Shown here: positions 1 to 8,485 of the stretch, piece by piece | Layout of the letters: each line of letters begins with the position of its first letter | How positions within the stretch are numbered: position 1 is the first letter of the stretch | Origin: Thermoprotei archaeon | GTDB taxonomy: Archaea; Thermoproteota; Thermoprotei; Gearchaeales; WAQG01 | Length of the DNA: 64,000 bases | Assembly: GCA_049976445.1 (NCBI GenBank) | Contig: JBMFIF010000001.1 | Span: 24,634 to 88,633, forward strand | Direction of reading: 5' to 3' | The notes under the pieces: model-generated | Database searches by the model: none | The model's input: the letters and a program-made list of their open reading frames with translations, nothing else | Told to the model about the DNA's origin: nothing | Position numbers and translations under genes: made by a program

Positions 1-956
1 TTCTGTTTGGAATTACCCTCGAATTACTTGCTATATCATTTAGTGCACTTGGATGGTATTTGCTTCTCAAAGCAATGAACGTGAAGCTTAGTTATATTGA
101 GAGTTTGAAAGCAACCTTAATTGCTATCTTTGGTGATATAATGATACCTACTGCATCATTAGCTGGAGAAACCTTTAGAATACTCTATGTACGGAATAAA
201 AATAATGGACAAATTGACAAACTAATAGCAACGGCTGCTTTTCAACGTCTTATATATACAGTATTACTTATAGTCCTCATAATGTTAGGAATATTTTTAA
301 ATGAATCTAATAGAACATTATTGCTTGGTTATATTTTATGGTTCATAGCATCAATGGTTTTTCTCGTAATAGTGTTGGTTTTCTTTGTGAAAAATCCAAA
401 TAAATTTGGTATGATTCTTAAGAAACTCATGATCATTTTTCATAGGATCATTAAGATTCCTAGAAGTGTAAATAAAACAATGCGTGACATAGATAATTTG
501 GTATCTGGAATTAATGAGGGTATTCAGTTAAGTAAAAATAAAAAACATTTCATATTTTTAGCTACAATAGTGATGACGTTTCAATGGATTTTTGGGTCTC
601 TAATGATATATTCTATGTTACTTTCATTAGGATATAAAAGTATAAATTATATTATTCTCCTTTCTATATACCCAATTTATTCTACGTTGACAATAATGCC
701 AGTAGGCATACCAGCAGCACTAGGAGTTGTCGAAACTGGAATGACACTATCGTTCATCATAATAGGAGTTCCACGAACAATAGCTGCAAGTGTAACACTA
801 TTAACTAGAGGTGTAATGGTCTGGTTCGATGTAATGATCTCCGGATTTATATTCATTAGAAATGGAAAATATCTAATTCAAAAAGAGGAGGAAATTAAAG
901 AATTTTATGAAGAAAAATCATATTCTACTAAGAATAGGTCTTTAATAAGAAAATGA
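1..956 (+). CDS. Integral membrane protein, flippase-like / lysylphosphatidylglycerol-synthase transmembrane domain family (UPF0104); 5' end runs off the window
   Basis: The ORF stays open in the same frame from nt 1 to the listed Met at 60. The protein is multi-helix hydrophobic (LIAIFGDIMIPTASLAGE..., a second half with PVGIPAALGVVETGMT) typical of the flippase-like domain. Confidence 0.45.
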   Translation, partial: LFGITLELLAISFSALGWYLLLKAMNVKLSYIESLKATLIAIFGDIMIPTASLAGETFRILYVRNKNNGQIDKLIATAAFQRLIYTVLLIVLIMLGIFLNESNRTLLLGYILWFIASMVFLVIVLVFFVKNPNKFGMILKKLMIIFHRIIKIPRSVNKTMRDIDNLVSGINEGIQLSKNKKHFIFLATIVMTFQWIFGSLMIYSMLLSLGYKSINYIILLSIYPIYSTLTIMPVGIPAALGVVETGMTLSFIIIGVPRTIAASVTLLTRGVMVWFDVMISGFIFIRNGKYLIQKEEEIKEFYEEKSYSTKNRSLIRK

Positions 957-998
957 AGAAAAGAATCTGACCTTATCTTTTTAGGATTCTTAAAAATT

Positions 999-1625
999 TC
1001 AGGATCTTTCTATTAATGTAGTGAACGCTGAAAGAGCTCCAAACTCAGCTGTTAGTGGATTATCACCACTACCAATTATTATTATGTCCCCATCATGAGG
1101 ATTTAATAATGTTCGTAGTCTTTCTGCTTCAATAGGATATTTTTCATTAACATTTAAATCAGGTAATAGTATTATTTGATTATTTTTTACGATTAATGTT
1201 GATGCTCCTAATGCTCCAACTAAAAGTGCAGCATCGCGTTGTTCTAGTCCGGTTTTTAATATTTTTGTGTCAATACTTCTTATTAGTAGAGCATAAGCAT
1301 GATCACCTATGGCTAAAACCGTTTTTCCTAAATATGCGCGGGAGGGTATTTTTGATTTAAGCCATAATCCCACTTCCATACCTTTATTAGTTAAAGTGCA
1401 TCCTTGCTGTTCTGTAATGATTAACCCTAATTCCTTAAGTTTTCCTAATAATGTTTTCATTGAACCTTCACCAAGTTTTAATTCTTTAGAAAGACGAACC
1501 CTGCCTATTGGTCCCAAGTCTCTTATAAGTTCTATACATTTTATTACGTGTACTGATGTATAAGATGGTTTAGGTCCTGCTGCTTTACTACTCAAGGCTG
1601 TACGTAAAATATTATTAATACTCAC
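999..1625 (-). CDS. Winged-HTH regulator with C-terminal DUF4443-like domain
   Basis: The N-terminal segment RVRLSKELKLGEGSMKTLLGKLKELGLI looks like a TrmB/MarR-like wHTH. The C-terminal Gly/Ala-rich alpha/beta domain resembles the archaeal DUF4443 architecture. Confidence 0.4.
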   Translation of the reverse strand: MSINNILRTALSSKAAGPKPSYTSVHVIKCIELIRDLGPIGRVRLSKELKLGEGSMKTLLGKLKELGLIITEQQGCTLTNKGMEVGLWLKSKIPSRAYLGKTVLAIGDHAYALLIRSIDTKILKTGLEQRDAALLVGALGASTLIVKNNQIILLPDLNVNEKYPIEAERLRTLLNPHDGDIIIIGSGDNPLTAEFGALSAFTTLIERS

Positions 1626-1745
1626 ATTATGAAAACATACACCTAAATATAAATAATTTATGCTATTTCTTGTATATTTTCTCCTTTATGCAATCATGGA
1701 TCTTGTTATCAAATTTATTAATAGGCTATAAATAAGTATACATGT

Positions 1746-2135
1746 ATGAGACTGTTAATAAAAAAGAATGATATTGAGAAAATAGTAAGAAAAGCTGTAA
1801 AATCCCCTGTTGAGTTAGCAGGATTTTTAATAGGCATTAAAGGGTCAGAAGATTTTATAGTAAAATATATATACAATGCAGATCCAAGTGATAATACTAA
1901 TGTAAGCTTTAAGATAAAACCTAACGATACATATAATGCGATTAAACAAGCTGAGTCTGAAAATCTCGAAATTATTGGAGTATACCATACGCATCCTGCA
2001 CCTCCAGAGCCCAGTTCTAAAGATCGTGAAGGTATGAAAGCTTGGCCTGGAGTCTGGCTTATAATAGATTCTCGCACAGGACGATATGGCGCATGGAACG
2101 AAAAACTTGAAAAAATCATAGTTGAAACAATTTAA
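1746..2135 (+). CDS. Minimal JAMM/MPN+ metalloprotease (deubiquitinase-like, SAMP/Urm1 deconjugase type)
   Basis: The JAMM zinc motif is intact: E...GVYHTHPAPPEPSSKD (H-x-H-x7-S-x2-D). At 129 aa it has the size of archaeal stand-alone JAMM1 proteins. Confidence 0.75.
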   Translation: MRLLIKKNDIEKIVRKAVKSPVELAGFLIGIKGSEDFIVKYIYNADPSDNTNVSFKIKPNDTYNAIKQAESENLEIIGVYHTHPAPPEPSSKDREGMKAWPGVWLIIDSRTGRYGAWNEKLEKIIVETI

Positions 2136-2239
2136 TTGTCTATTCTTAGAAGTAGGATTTTTAGTAAAATGTTGCATATTTCCTTCTTAGAATTTATATT
2201 TGTGTGCGATTAATAATTTGTTAGTTAGGAGGTTAATTT

Positions 2240-3121
2240 ATGAGAATCGCTGTATCTCAATATGTATTTCGTGTTGGTGGAGGTTTCAAAGAATTTGCTG
2301 ATCACGTAACAAGACATACTGTTAAAGCATGGCATGAGAAAGCGGAGATTATTGTTTTTCCAGAATTGATATCTCTTGAATTAATAGAAGATAAAAAATT
2401 GCTTGGGAAACCATCTATTAATTTAACTAAGATTCTTTATGATCATTACGGCAAATACGTTGAAATTTTTAGCGAACTAACAGAAAGATACGATATAACA
2501 ATTTTAGCAGGAAGTACAGTAACATTAGGTGATGATGGCAATTACTACAATACAGCACATGTTTTTAGACCTGATGGACCCATATTAAAATATAAAAAAA
2601 TACATTTGCACTTGTTTGATAAACAGATGGGGCTTCACGCAGGTAATGATATATTAACATTTAAACATAGTGAAATAATTATAGGAACTGGAATATGTTA
2701 CGATGTAGGATTCCCAGAAATCTTCAGAATAATGAGATTGGATGGTGCTGAAATATTTTTAATACCAAGTTTAGCACCTGGAAGAGGAGCATATAACTGG
2801 ATAAGATTTTCTTCACATGCAAGAGCAATAGAATCACAAGGTATTGTTGCACTTTCAAGCGGAATAGATCCTACAGGCGAGTTATTCGGATATAAACTGA
2901 GAGGGAAATCAGCGATCATTACAACAACTGATTATAATCCAAATGGATTTATAATAGAAGGTAATGAAGAAGATACAGTACTTATAGCAGATATAGATAT
3001 GACACATTTAAGAGAGATACAAGAAAAAACTGCTGCACCAGTTTTAAAAGATCTCAACTTTAAAGTATATAAAGAACTATGTGATAGAAAATGGAGCCCC
3101 AACTTTCCGCATAATAATTAA
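2240..3121 (+). CDS. Carbon-nitrogen hydrolase (nitrilase superfamily amidohydrolase)
   Basis: The catalytic E-K-C triad context is present: IIVFPELIS (Glu), KKIHLHLFD (Lys), GTGICYDVGFPE (Cys). Confidence 0.8.
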   Translation: MRIAVSQYVFRVGGGFKEFADHVTRHTVKAWHEKAEIIVFPELISLELIEDKKLLGKPSINLTKILYDHYGKYVEIFSELTERYDITILAGSTVTLGDDGNYYNTAHVFRPDGPILKYKKIHLHLFDKQMGLHAGNDILTFKHSEIIIGTGICYDVGFPEIFRIMRLDGAEIFLIPSLAPGRGAYNWIRFSSHARAIESQGIVALSSGIDPTGELFGYKLRGKSAIITTTDYNPNGFIIEGNEEDTVLIADIDMTHLREIQEKTAAPVLKDLNFKVYKELCDRKWSPNFPHNN

Positions 3122-3344
3122 AATCTCATGCATCAATAATATACCTAATCTATTGCATATTTTTGAAAAGACTAAACTAAATTAAGAAAAGAGTTGAGAC
3201 GTTTTAGAAACACTAAAAAACTTATTAGAGAAAAAGAATATTTGCCCGTATTCAAAACGAACACTGAACGTGTTCTCTAAGAAAGCTTATAAAAGAATTA
3301 GGAGCGTTTGGTAAAAGTGAGAATGAGTTAATTGAAACCTAAAA

Positions 3345-3746
3345 TTATTCCAATATTTCTACTATTATCTGATCACCATCTTTTAAGTTAAAATATGAAC
3401 GCAAGTATACAGGCGCTATAATTTCTAAAACACTTTCATCATAGTATGTTTTATCCGCCCTTATTACTGCGCCAAACATTGATCCGTTAATTTTTGCTCT
3501 GTAGCATGATACGCCAACATAAAAACGTTTACCATCAAAAAATGAATCCAGACGTATTTGTTTAAATTTTTTAATTTCATTAAAAATCTGAATACCTGTA
3601 TTTTTATCAATCTTAATATTGAGCGTACCTGGATATGGTGTGAAACCTAATTTTTCTTGTATTTGTTTTACATAATTTGTCTGAGATAGATAATAAGCAC
3701 CTTCACCTAATCCGCTAAACACCGTACCCTTTACTATAATGCCCAC
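3345..3746 (-). CDS. ribK: Archaeal CTP-dependent riboflavin kinase (MJ0056 family)
   Basis: It is 133 aa with the PYPGTLNIKI motif and overall similarity to archaeal RibK (GxGEGAYY...PYPGTLN). Confidence 0.7.
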   Translation of the reverse strand: MGIIVKGTVFSGLGEGAYYLSQTNYVKQIQEKLGFTPYPGTLNIKIDKNTGIQIFNEIKKFKQIRLDSFFDGKRFYVGVSCYRAKINGSMFGAVIRADKTYYDESVLEIIAPVYLRSYFNLKDGDQIIVEILE

Positions 3747-3811
3747 TTCACATCAATTAAAACATAAAATCTCCCTTATTTAAGTTTTGGATGTTTATAA
3801 CCACAATAAAA

Positions 3812-3826
3812 GAAATTTATATTTGT
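3812..3826 (+). promoter_or_regulatory. TATA-like box (aaatttatat) about 25 nt upstream of the tRNA-Pro(CGG) 5' end
   Basis: An AT-rich TATA-like octamer sits at the expected archaeal spacing from the mature tRNA start. Confidence 0.35.
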
Positions 3827-3845
3827 TTCTTCTATATTATTAAGG

Positions 3846-3938
3846 GGGCCGTAGTCTAGTTTGGTCTAGGAAGTTTAAAAAACCTAGAGTACCAGGCTCG
3901 GGCCCTGGAGATCGCCGGTTCAAATCCGGCCGGCCCCA
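3846..3938 (+). tRNA. tRNA-Pro (anticodon CGG) with an ~18-nt non-canonical intron in the D-stem 3' strand
   Basis: Acceptor is GGGGCCG/CGGCCCC plus discriminator A, followed by U8. D-arm is GUCU-AGUUUGGUCUA-GGAU once the intron AGUUUAAAAAACCUAGAG is removed. Anticodon arm is CCAGG-CUCGGGC-CCUGG (CGG). Variable loop is AGAUC and the T-arm is GCCGG-UUCAAAU-CCGGC. The intron forms a CUAGG...CCUAG hairpin across the junction. No CCA is encoded. Confidence 0.75.
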
Positions 3939-4031
3939 CTATATTAATGGTCGTCAGCAGCTCAATTAATCTAATTAAGAACAGGTTTCTCTAAGTAGTA
4001 GGACTTATATATTTTTTAAACGATAAATAAC

Positions 4032-5867
4032 TTGACCATTATGAAAAAGGCATATTATAGAACAATTATCAGTAGTATTATATTATTACTCATTATAATA
4101 ACATTAATAAGTAATGTTAATGTAGCCGCAGGAAAAACAGTGACTGCAGTGAGACCTACATTATTACAAAGATTTTATATGAATTCTACAAGTACTCAAT
4201 CAGACTTTAATGACCCATTTTTTGCTTTTGGAAGGGACCCGAGACCAAATCTTAGTACTAGTGGATATTGGAGTTGGCAAGATTATCCGTATAGTGTACC
4301 ATATGTAACTCCGCAAACTATTAAAATATTCACAAACGTTGCATCAAATGATATAACAAAGACGGGATATCCTCCATTAATAACAAGTAAAATTGTTAAC
4401 TTACCTTCAGGTAGTTATTCTAAAATATTGTTAAGGGTTGATGTACAATTAAAGAGTGTAATGCCTAGTAGATTAGCAGTAAATTATGATAGAGCACTCT
4501 GGATATTTGTAGATGGGGTACCACTTCTCATAGGGACAACAGCACAACGATATAGTTATACTGTAATATCGGATGTAACATTCTTATATCATCTTTTAAC
4601 TGGTACTCATAACTTTACGTTTGTACTTATAAATTATGTGATACCAAGTCTTGGACTTACTGGATATTTTATAGCAAATGTTACATTACTTTATTACCCT
4701 GGTGAAAAACCATCAAACATTGCGACAGACGTAGTACCATTATGGTCAAGTGGAATAAATAATTGGAGGTCTGGAGTTGCTTGGGCTGTACTTACATCAT
4801 CGAAGAATATAGCATTACAAAACGTGACAATACCAGGGAACATAACAAAAGCATATCTATTGCTTTATACAGAAGGCGCTTCGTATGATGAGTTTTGGTG
4901 GTCTAACATACCTACAAATCGTGAAGTCTTGGTTTATAGTGATAGTAAGTTAATAGCAGTATCACAACCGTTTCCAATAATTTACACAGGTGGTATAAAT
5001 CCGTTCATGTGGAGACCAGTACCAGGAATAAACACTTATGCATTCCAACCATTATTAATAGATATAACACCATATATACCATTCATCATCGGAACTCATA
5101 CCATAAAAGTCACTATAACTAATAACCAAAATTATTGGCTAGTCGGAGGAGCATTGCTACTTACCAAAACAAATACAACAGTAAGCTATAGGTTCTTAGG
5201 CGACAGCCCACAACTAATAGCAAATAAAACAACAAGCACAACACCAACTACAACTATATTCAATAATACAATGACATATACGAACACTGCATCACTAAAT
5301 ATTACAATAGGCTCACAAACAGTCACTTACAAAACAGAGTATAAGCTCAATTTGAACGCTATTCAATCATATAATGATATATGGTGGAATTCAACAGTAA
5401 CTCAAACATGGTATTATAAAAGTAACTGGTTAAATAAAACAGAATCCTCACGATCGTATTCATCATTAAACGTGAACTACGGTGAGATAATACAAGTATA
5501 CGGCGATATAAGTAAAGCATCGACATCGAATCCTGTACCAGCAACCTTTAGCCTTATAGCTGATCTTAACCATAAATATGTAACAGAAACAGAGCACACA
5601 AATGCAACATCACAAGTTGCTACAGTTCATGCAGAACACGTCACATCAAATTCAATATTAGCAGGAACATTAGTATTCATAAGCCCAACAGGAGCAATAA
5701 TAACAGGTATCACAACACTTAGTAGTGTAACATCAAAATCGTTAAAAACTGAAGAAACACAAAACAGTATAAAATTTGTATCATTCATGAGAGATACAGT
5801 TGGAGGAAACTATTATCCACCACTTACGTATGAAATATTCGTAGATGTGATCTCAGTAAAGTGGTAA
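4032..5867 (+). CDS. Membrane-anchored, Thr/Ser-rich extracellular glycoprotein (hypothetical surface protein)
   Basis: There is an N-terminal TM/signal anchor (IISSIILLLIIITLISNV). The protein has very many N-x-S/T sequons and Thr-rich linkers (NKTTSTTPTTTIFNNTMTYTNT), typical of Sulfolobales surface glycoproteins. Confidence 0.5.
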   Translation: MTIMKKAYYRTIISSIILLLIIITLISNVNVAAGKTVTAVRPTLLQRFYMNSTSTQSDFNDPFFAFGRDPRPNLSTSGYWSWQDYPYSVPYVTPQTIKIFTNVASNDITKTGYPPLITSKIVNLPSGSYSKILLRVDVQLKSVMPSRLAVNYDRALWIFVDGVPLLIGTTAQRYSYTVISDVTFLYHLLTGTHNFTFVLINYVIPSLGLTGYFIANVTLLYYPGEKPSNIATDVVPLWSSGINNWRSGVAWAVLTSSKNIALQNVTIPGNITKAYLLLYTEGASYDEFWWSNIPTNREVLVYSDSKLIAVSQPFPIIYTGGINPFMWRPVPGINTYAFQPLLIDITPYIPFIIGTHTIKVTITNNQNYWLVGGALLLTKTNTTVSYRFLGDSPQLIANKTTSTTPTTTIFNNTMTYTNTASLNITIGSQTVTYKTEYKLNLNAIQSYNDIWWNSTVTQTWYYKSNWLNKTESSRSYSSLNVNYGEIIQVYGDISKASTSNPVPATFSLIADLNHKYVTETEHTNATSQVATVHAEHVTSNSILAGTLVFISPTGAIITGITTLSSVTSKSLKTEETQNSIKFVSFMRDTVGGNYYPPLTYEIFVDVISVKW

Positions 5868-5944
5868 AAAATTAACATAAACTTTTTTTATTACTTTTAT
5901 GATATAATGAAAAATCATAAAAATTACTCAAGGAACCGTTTCGT

Positions 5945-6255
5945 CCCCCGAATTTATTCATAGAGATGAAGGACTCTAAAAACTATTATGAGAGGATCCC
6001 TCCACCTCCAGGTCTGCGCCCGGTAAGATTTTCCCTCGCTAATGCCCACAGAGCTTAAGCCTAATACTGGGCGTGGCATTGAGTAGTTCCGGCCGCAGGA
6101 GTCCATACTAAGGAGACATACATACGTGCTTCTAAGCTCTGTGGGCATAACCTAGTGAGCTGTTTTTGGCTCCTGGTTGTAGCTAGTCGGCCTTTGCATC
6201 GATACCATTATCCTAAGCTTTCGACTGAAGTCAGGAGCGTCTGACTTGTTTAGGA
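5945..6255. ncRNA. GC-rich (~50% GC) structured non-coding island of unknown identity; candidate stable RNA (RNase P RNA or another ~300-nt RNA); strand unresolved
   Basis: GC content rises sharply against the AT-rich background. A long imperfect helix pairs 6043-6059 (GCCCACAGAGCUUAAG) with 6129-6148 (CUUcUAAGCUCUGUGGGC) and encloses about 70 nt. A perfect 7-bp hairpin AAGUCAG-GAGCGU-CUGACUU lies at about 6228-6248. TATA-like boxes are present on both flanks. The only overlapping ORF (5954-6148) is weak. Confidence 0.35.
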
Positions 6256-6267
6256 ATTTTATAATAG

Positions 6268-6383
6268 TGGGGCCGCGGGGAGTTTCACCCTTTTCAGGGT
6301 TTTGAACCCCGGATCACCAGCGTTCCGGGAATAGGGGTATTCACCCCAGGCTGGCATCCTAATCCAGGCTGAACGACGGCCCC
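6268..6383 (-). tRNA. tRNA-Pro (anticodon GGG) with two introns: a canonical 37/38 intron (21 nt) and a T-loop 59/60 intron (19 nt)
   Basis: The minus-strand RNA reads as follows. Acceptor GGGGCCG, then U8 C9. D-arm GUUC-AGCCUGGAUUA-GGAU, then G26. Anticodon stem CCAGC / loop CUGGGG[UGAAUACCCCUAUUCCCGGAA]C / stem GCUGG. Variable loop UGAUC. T-stem CGGGG, T-loop UUCAAA[ACCCUGAAAAGGGUGAAAC]U, T-stem CCCCG. Acceptor 3' strand CGGCCCC plus discriminator A. After intron removal every arm is canonical. The D-arm and anticodon loop are closely related to the tRNA-Pro(CGG) at 3846. Confidence 0.7.
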
Positions 6384-6483
6384 GACTAAATTATTTATCT
6401 CGTAATAGTATTTAACTTTTATTGAGATTTACCTAAGATAGGTCAAGTTTTTAGCAATTCATAATATAAAAAATTAAAGATTT

Positions 6484-8475
6484 TTATTTTCCTTTAAATT
6501 TTGGTTTTCGCTTTTCAAGAAATGCACTCACACCTTCTACTACATCGTCTGTGCTGAAAAGCAGTCCAAAGAGGCTCGCTTCATATGCTAAGCCTGTCCA
6601 TATATTTGATTCAAGTCCAAAGTTTATTGCGTATTTGGCTGCCATGAGGGCCATTGGTGGTTTTTCTGCTAGCTTTAGTGCAAATCTGCGTGCTTCTTCT
6701 TCAAGCTTTTCTGGTGGTACTACATTGTTGACTAACCCTATTTTTAGGGCTTCATTTGCTGATATCATATCACCTGTGAAAATTATTTCTTTAGCCTTGC
6801 TACTTCCTGTTAATCTTGATAATCTTTGTGTCCCTCCTGCGCCTGGTATGAAACCAAGGTTTATTTCTGGTTGTCCTAGCTGTGCTGTTTCGGAGGCTAT
6901 TCTTATATCACCACTCATTGCCATTTCGAGACCTCCGCCCAATGCGTATCCATTTATGGCTATTATTATTGGTTTTGTGTAATATTCTATTTTGTTTAGA
7001 ATCTCTTGGAATTTTCTAGAAAATATTGCTGCTTTAACTGGGGTAACTCCCATAAAACCTGTTACATCAGCTCCTGCACTAAATGCTCTTCCAGAACCTG
7101 TTAATATTATGACTCTTATTCTTTCATCTTCTTCTATTTCATCTAATATTGTGTTTAATTCTTTTAGCATATCTATGTTTATTGCGTTTAAGCGTTCTGG
7201 TCTATTGAGTACTATCCATGCTAATGGTGGTTCGAGTTTTAATAAAATTGTGGAAAGCTTTCTTTCTTCAACGACGCCATATTCGTAAAATCCTTTTCCT
7301 GTTTTTCTTCCAAGTTTTCCTTCGTTAACCATTTGTTTAAGTAGTGGATCGGGCGTGTATTCTTCCCATCCTGTCATGTTTTTGAGGTTTTCGAGTGTAT
7401 TTACTACACGGTCTATACCGTATTCATCTGCATATTCTAGAATACCTTTGGGGTATCCTAATCCTAGTTTGCATGCTTTATCTATATCATCTCTGCTAGC
7501 TATTCCTTCTCTGAGTAACCATGATGCTTCGTTTATTGCAGGAGCAATTACCATTAGTGGATCTACTTTTTCTGCTTTTTCTTTTGGTATTTCTGGTCGA
7601 GCATATTTACCTGGTGCTGGATAGGTGTAAAAACCTTTTCCTGTTTTCATTCCTAATTCGTTTGCTTTAAATTTCTCTTCAAATAATGGACATGGATGAG
7701 CCACGTATCCCCGTTCGCTCATTGCTTTAAACACGAAGTAGAAAACATCTATTCCACTATAATCAGCCAATTCGAATGCTCCCATAGGGAAACCTAATTT
7801 GTAACGTACTGTCGCATCTACTTCAATAATATCAGCTTGTTTGTTAGCGACTATCCAGCATGCAGCATTAAGTAATCTTCCTAGTATTCTATTTACTATG
7901 AAACCAGGTACATCTTTTTTCACGATAACTGGTTGTTTTCCCAACTTCTTTGCTAATTCATACGTTATTTTTACCGTATCATCACTAGTTTTTTGACCCT
8001 TTACAACTTCAACCAATGGCATTAACGGTGGTGGATTAAAGAAGTGCATGCCGACAACTTTTTCAGGTCTATTTGTAGCATTGGATATCTCTGTTATAGG
8101 GAGACTGCTTGTATTTGTAGCGAGTATTGCATGTGGTGGTAAAATCTTGTCAGCTCTGGAGAATACATCTTTTTTGAGATCTAATTTTTCAGGTACTGCT
8201 TCTATCATAAAGTCTGCGTTCTTAACAGCTTCATCAAATGATAACGTGGTATGTATTCTAGAGAGGATGGAGTCAATGTTTTCTTTAATTTGCCCTTTTT
8301 CATATAATTTTCCAACACTCCATCTAATTTTTTCTATTGCGTTTTTTAGAAATTCTTCGGCTATATCGGTTACCCAAACTTCGTATCCGGCTAATGCAGC
8401 TACCTCTGCTATTCCGTGTCCCATTGTACCAGCGCCTATTACTGCAATTTTTTTAATTTGTTCAATACTCAACAT
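6484..8475 (-). CDS. Bifunctional 3-hydroxyacyl-CoA dehydrogenase / enoyl-CoA hydratase (FadB-like fusion)
   Basis: The N-terminal Rossmann motif IAVIGAGTMGHGIAEVAALAG marks a 3-hydroxyacyl-CoA dehydrogenase. The C-terminal half (LNRPERLNAIN...GGGLEMAM) is a crotonase-fold hydratase. Confidence 0.85.
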   Translation of the reverse strand: MLSIEQIKKIAVIGAGTMGHGIAEVAALAGYEVWVTDIAEEFLKNAIEKIRWSVGKLYEKGQIKENIDSILSRIHTTLSFDEAVKNADFMIEAVPEKLDLKKDVFSRADKILPPHAILATNTSSLPITEISNATNRPEKVVGMHFFNPPPLMPLVEVVKGQKTSDDTVKITYELAKKLGKQPVIVKKDVPGFIVNRILGRLLNAACWIVANKQADIIEVDATVRYKLGFPMGAFELADYSGIDVFYFVFKAMSERGYVAHPCPLFEEKFKANELGMKTGKGFYTYPAPGKYARPEIPKEKAEKVDPLMVIAPAINEASWLLREGIASRDDIDKACKLGLGYPKGILEYADEYGIDRVVNTLENLKNMTGWEEYTPDPLLKQMVNEGKLGRKTGKGFYEYGVVEERKLSTILLKLEPPLAWIVLNRPERLNAINIDMLKELNTILDEIEEDERIRVIILTGSGRAFSAGADVTGFMGVTPVKAAIFSRKFQEILNKIEYYTKPIIIAINGYALGGGLEMAMSGDIRIASETAQLGQPEINLGFIPGAGGTQRLSRLTGSSKAKEIIFTGDMISANEALKIGLVNNVVPPEKLEEEARRFALKLAEKPPMALMAAKYAINFGLESNIWTGLAYEASLFGLLFSTDDVVEGVSAFLEKRKPKFKGK

Positions 8476-8485
8476 CTTACACCTC

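Noticed and set aside
1309-2177. Overlapping small ORFs (1309-1563 +, 1718-2119 -, 1845-2177 -)
   Set aside because: They are antisense or out of frame to the supported DUF4443 and JAMM genes.
3262-3278. Palindrome GAACAC-TGAAC-GTGTTC between the convergent nitrilase and ribK genes
   Set aside because: It is a short 6-bp stem that could form by chance in a 220-bp spacer. Archaeal termination usually relies on T-tracts. It is noted only as a weak possible terminator/operator.
5954-6148. 64-aa minus-strand ORF inside the 5.9-6.3 kb GC-rich island
   Set aside because: It lies within a region whose base-pairing structure and GC content indicate structural RNA. There is no RBS or conserved protein features, and the composition is Arg/Ser/Cys-rich, typical of GC-rich non-coding translation.
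5945-6255. SRP (7S) RNA assignment for the GC-rich islands (also 62088-62380)
   Set aside because: Neither island contains the near-invariant helix-8 signature, a GNRA tetraloop followed by GG-AGCA. This was only tested by eye; Infernal is needed for a firm answer.
6268-6388. Possible 5S rRNA or plus-strand sRNA (paired ends GGGGCCG/CGGCCCC, GAACCCCGG loop-C-like string, TATA box immediately upstream on the plus strand)
   Set aside because: It matches the 5S consensus poorly. The minus-strand reading gives a complete tRNA-Pro(GGG) with two introns, which explains every helix.
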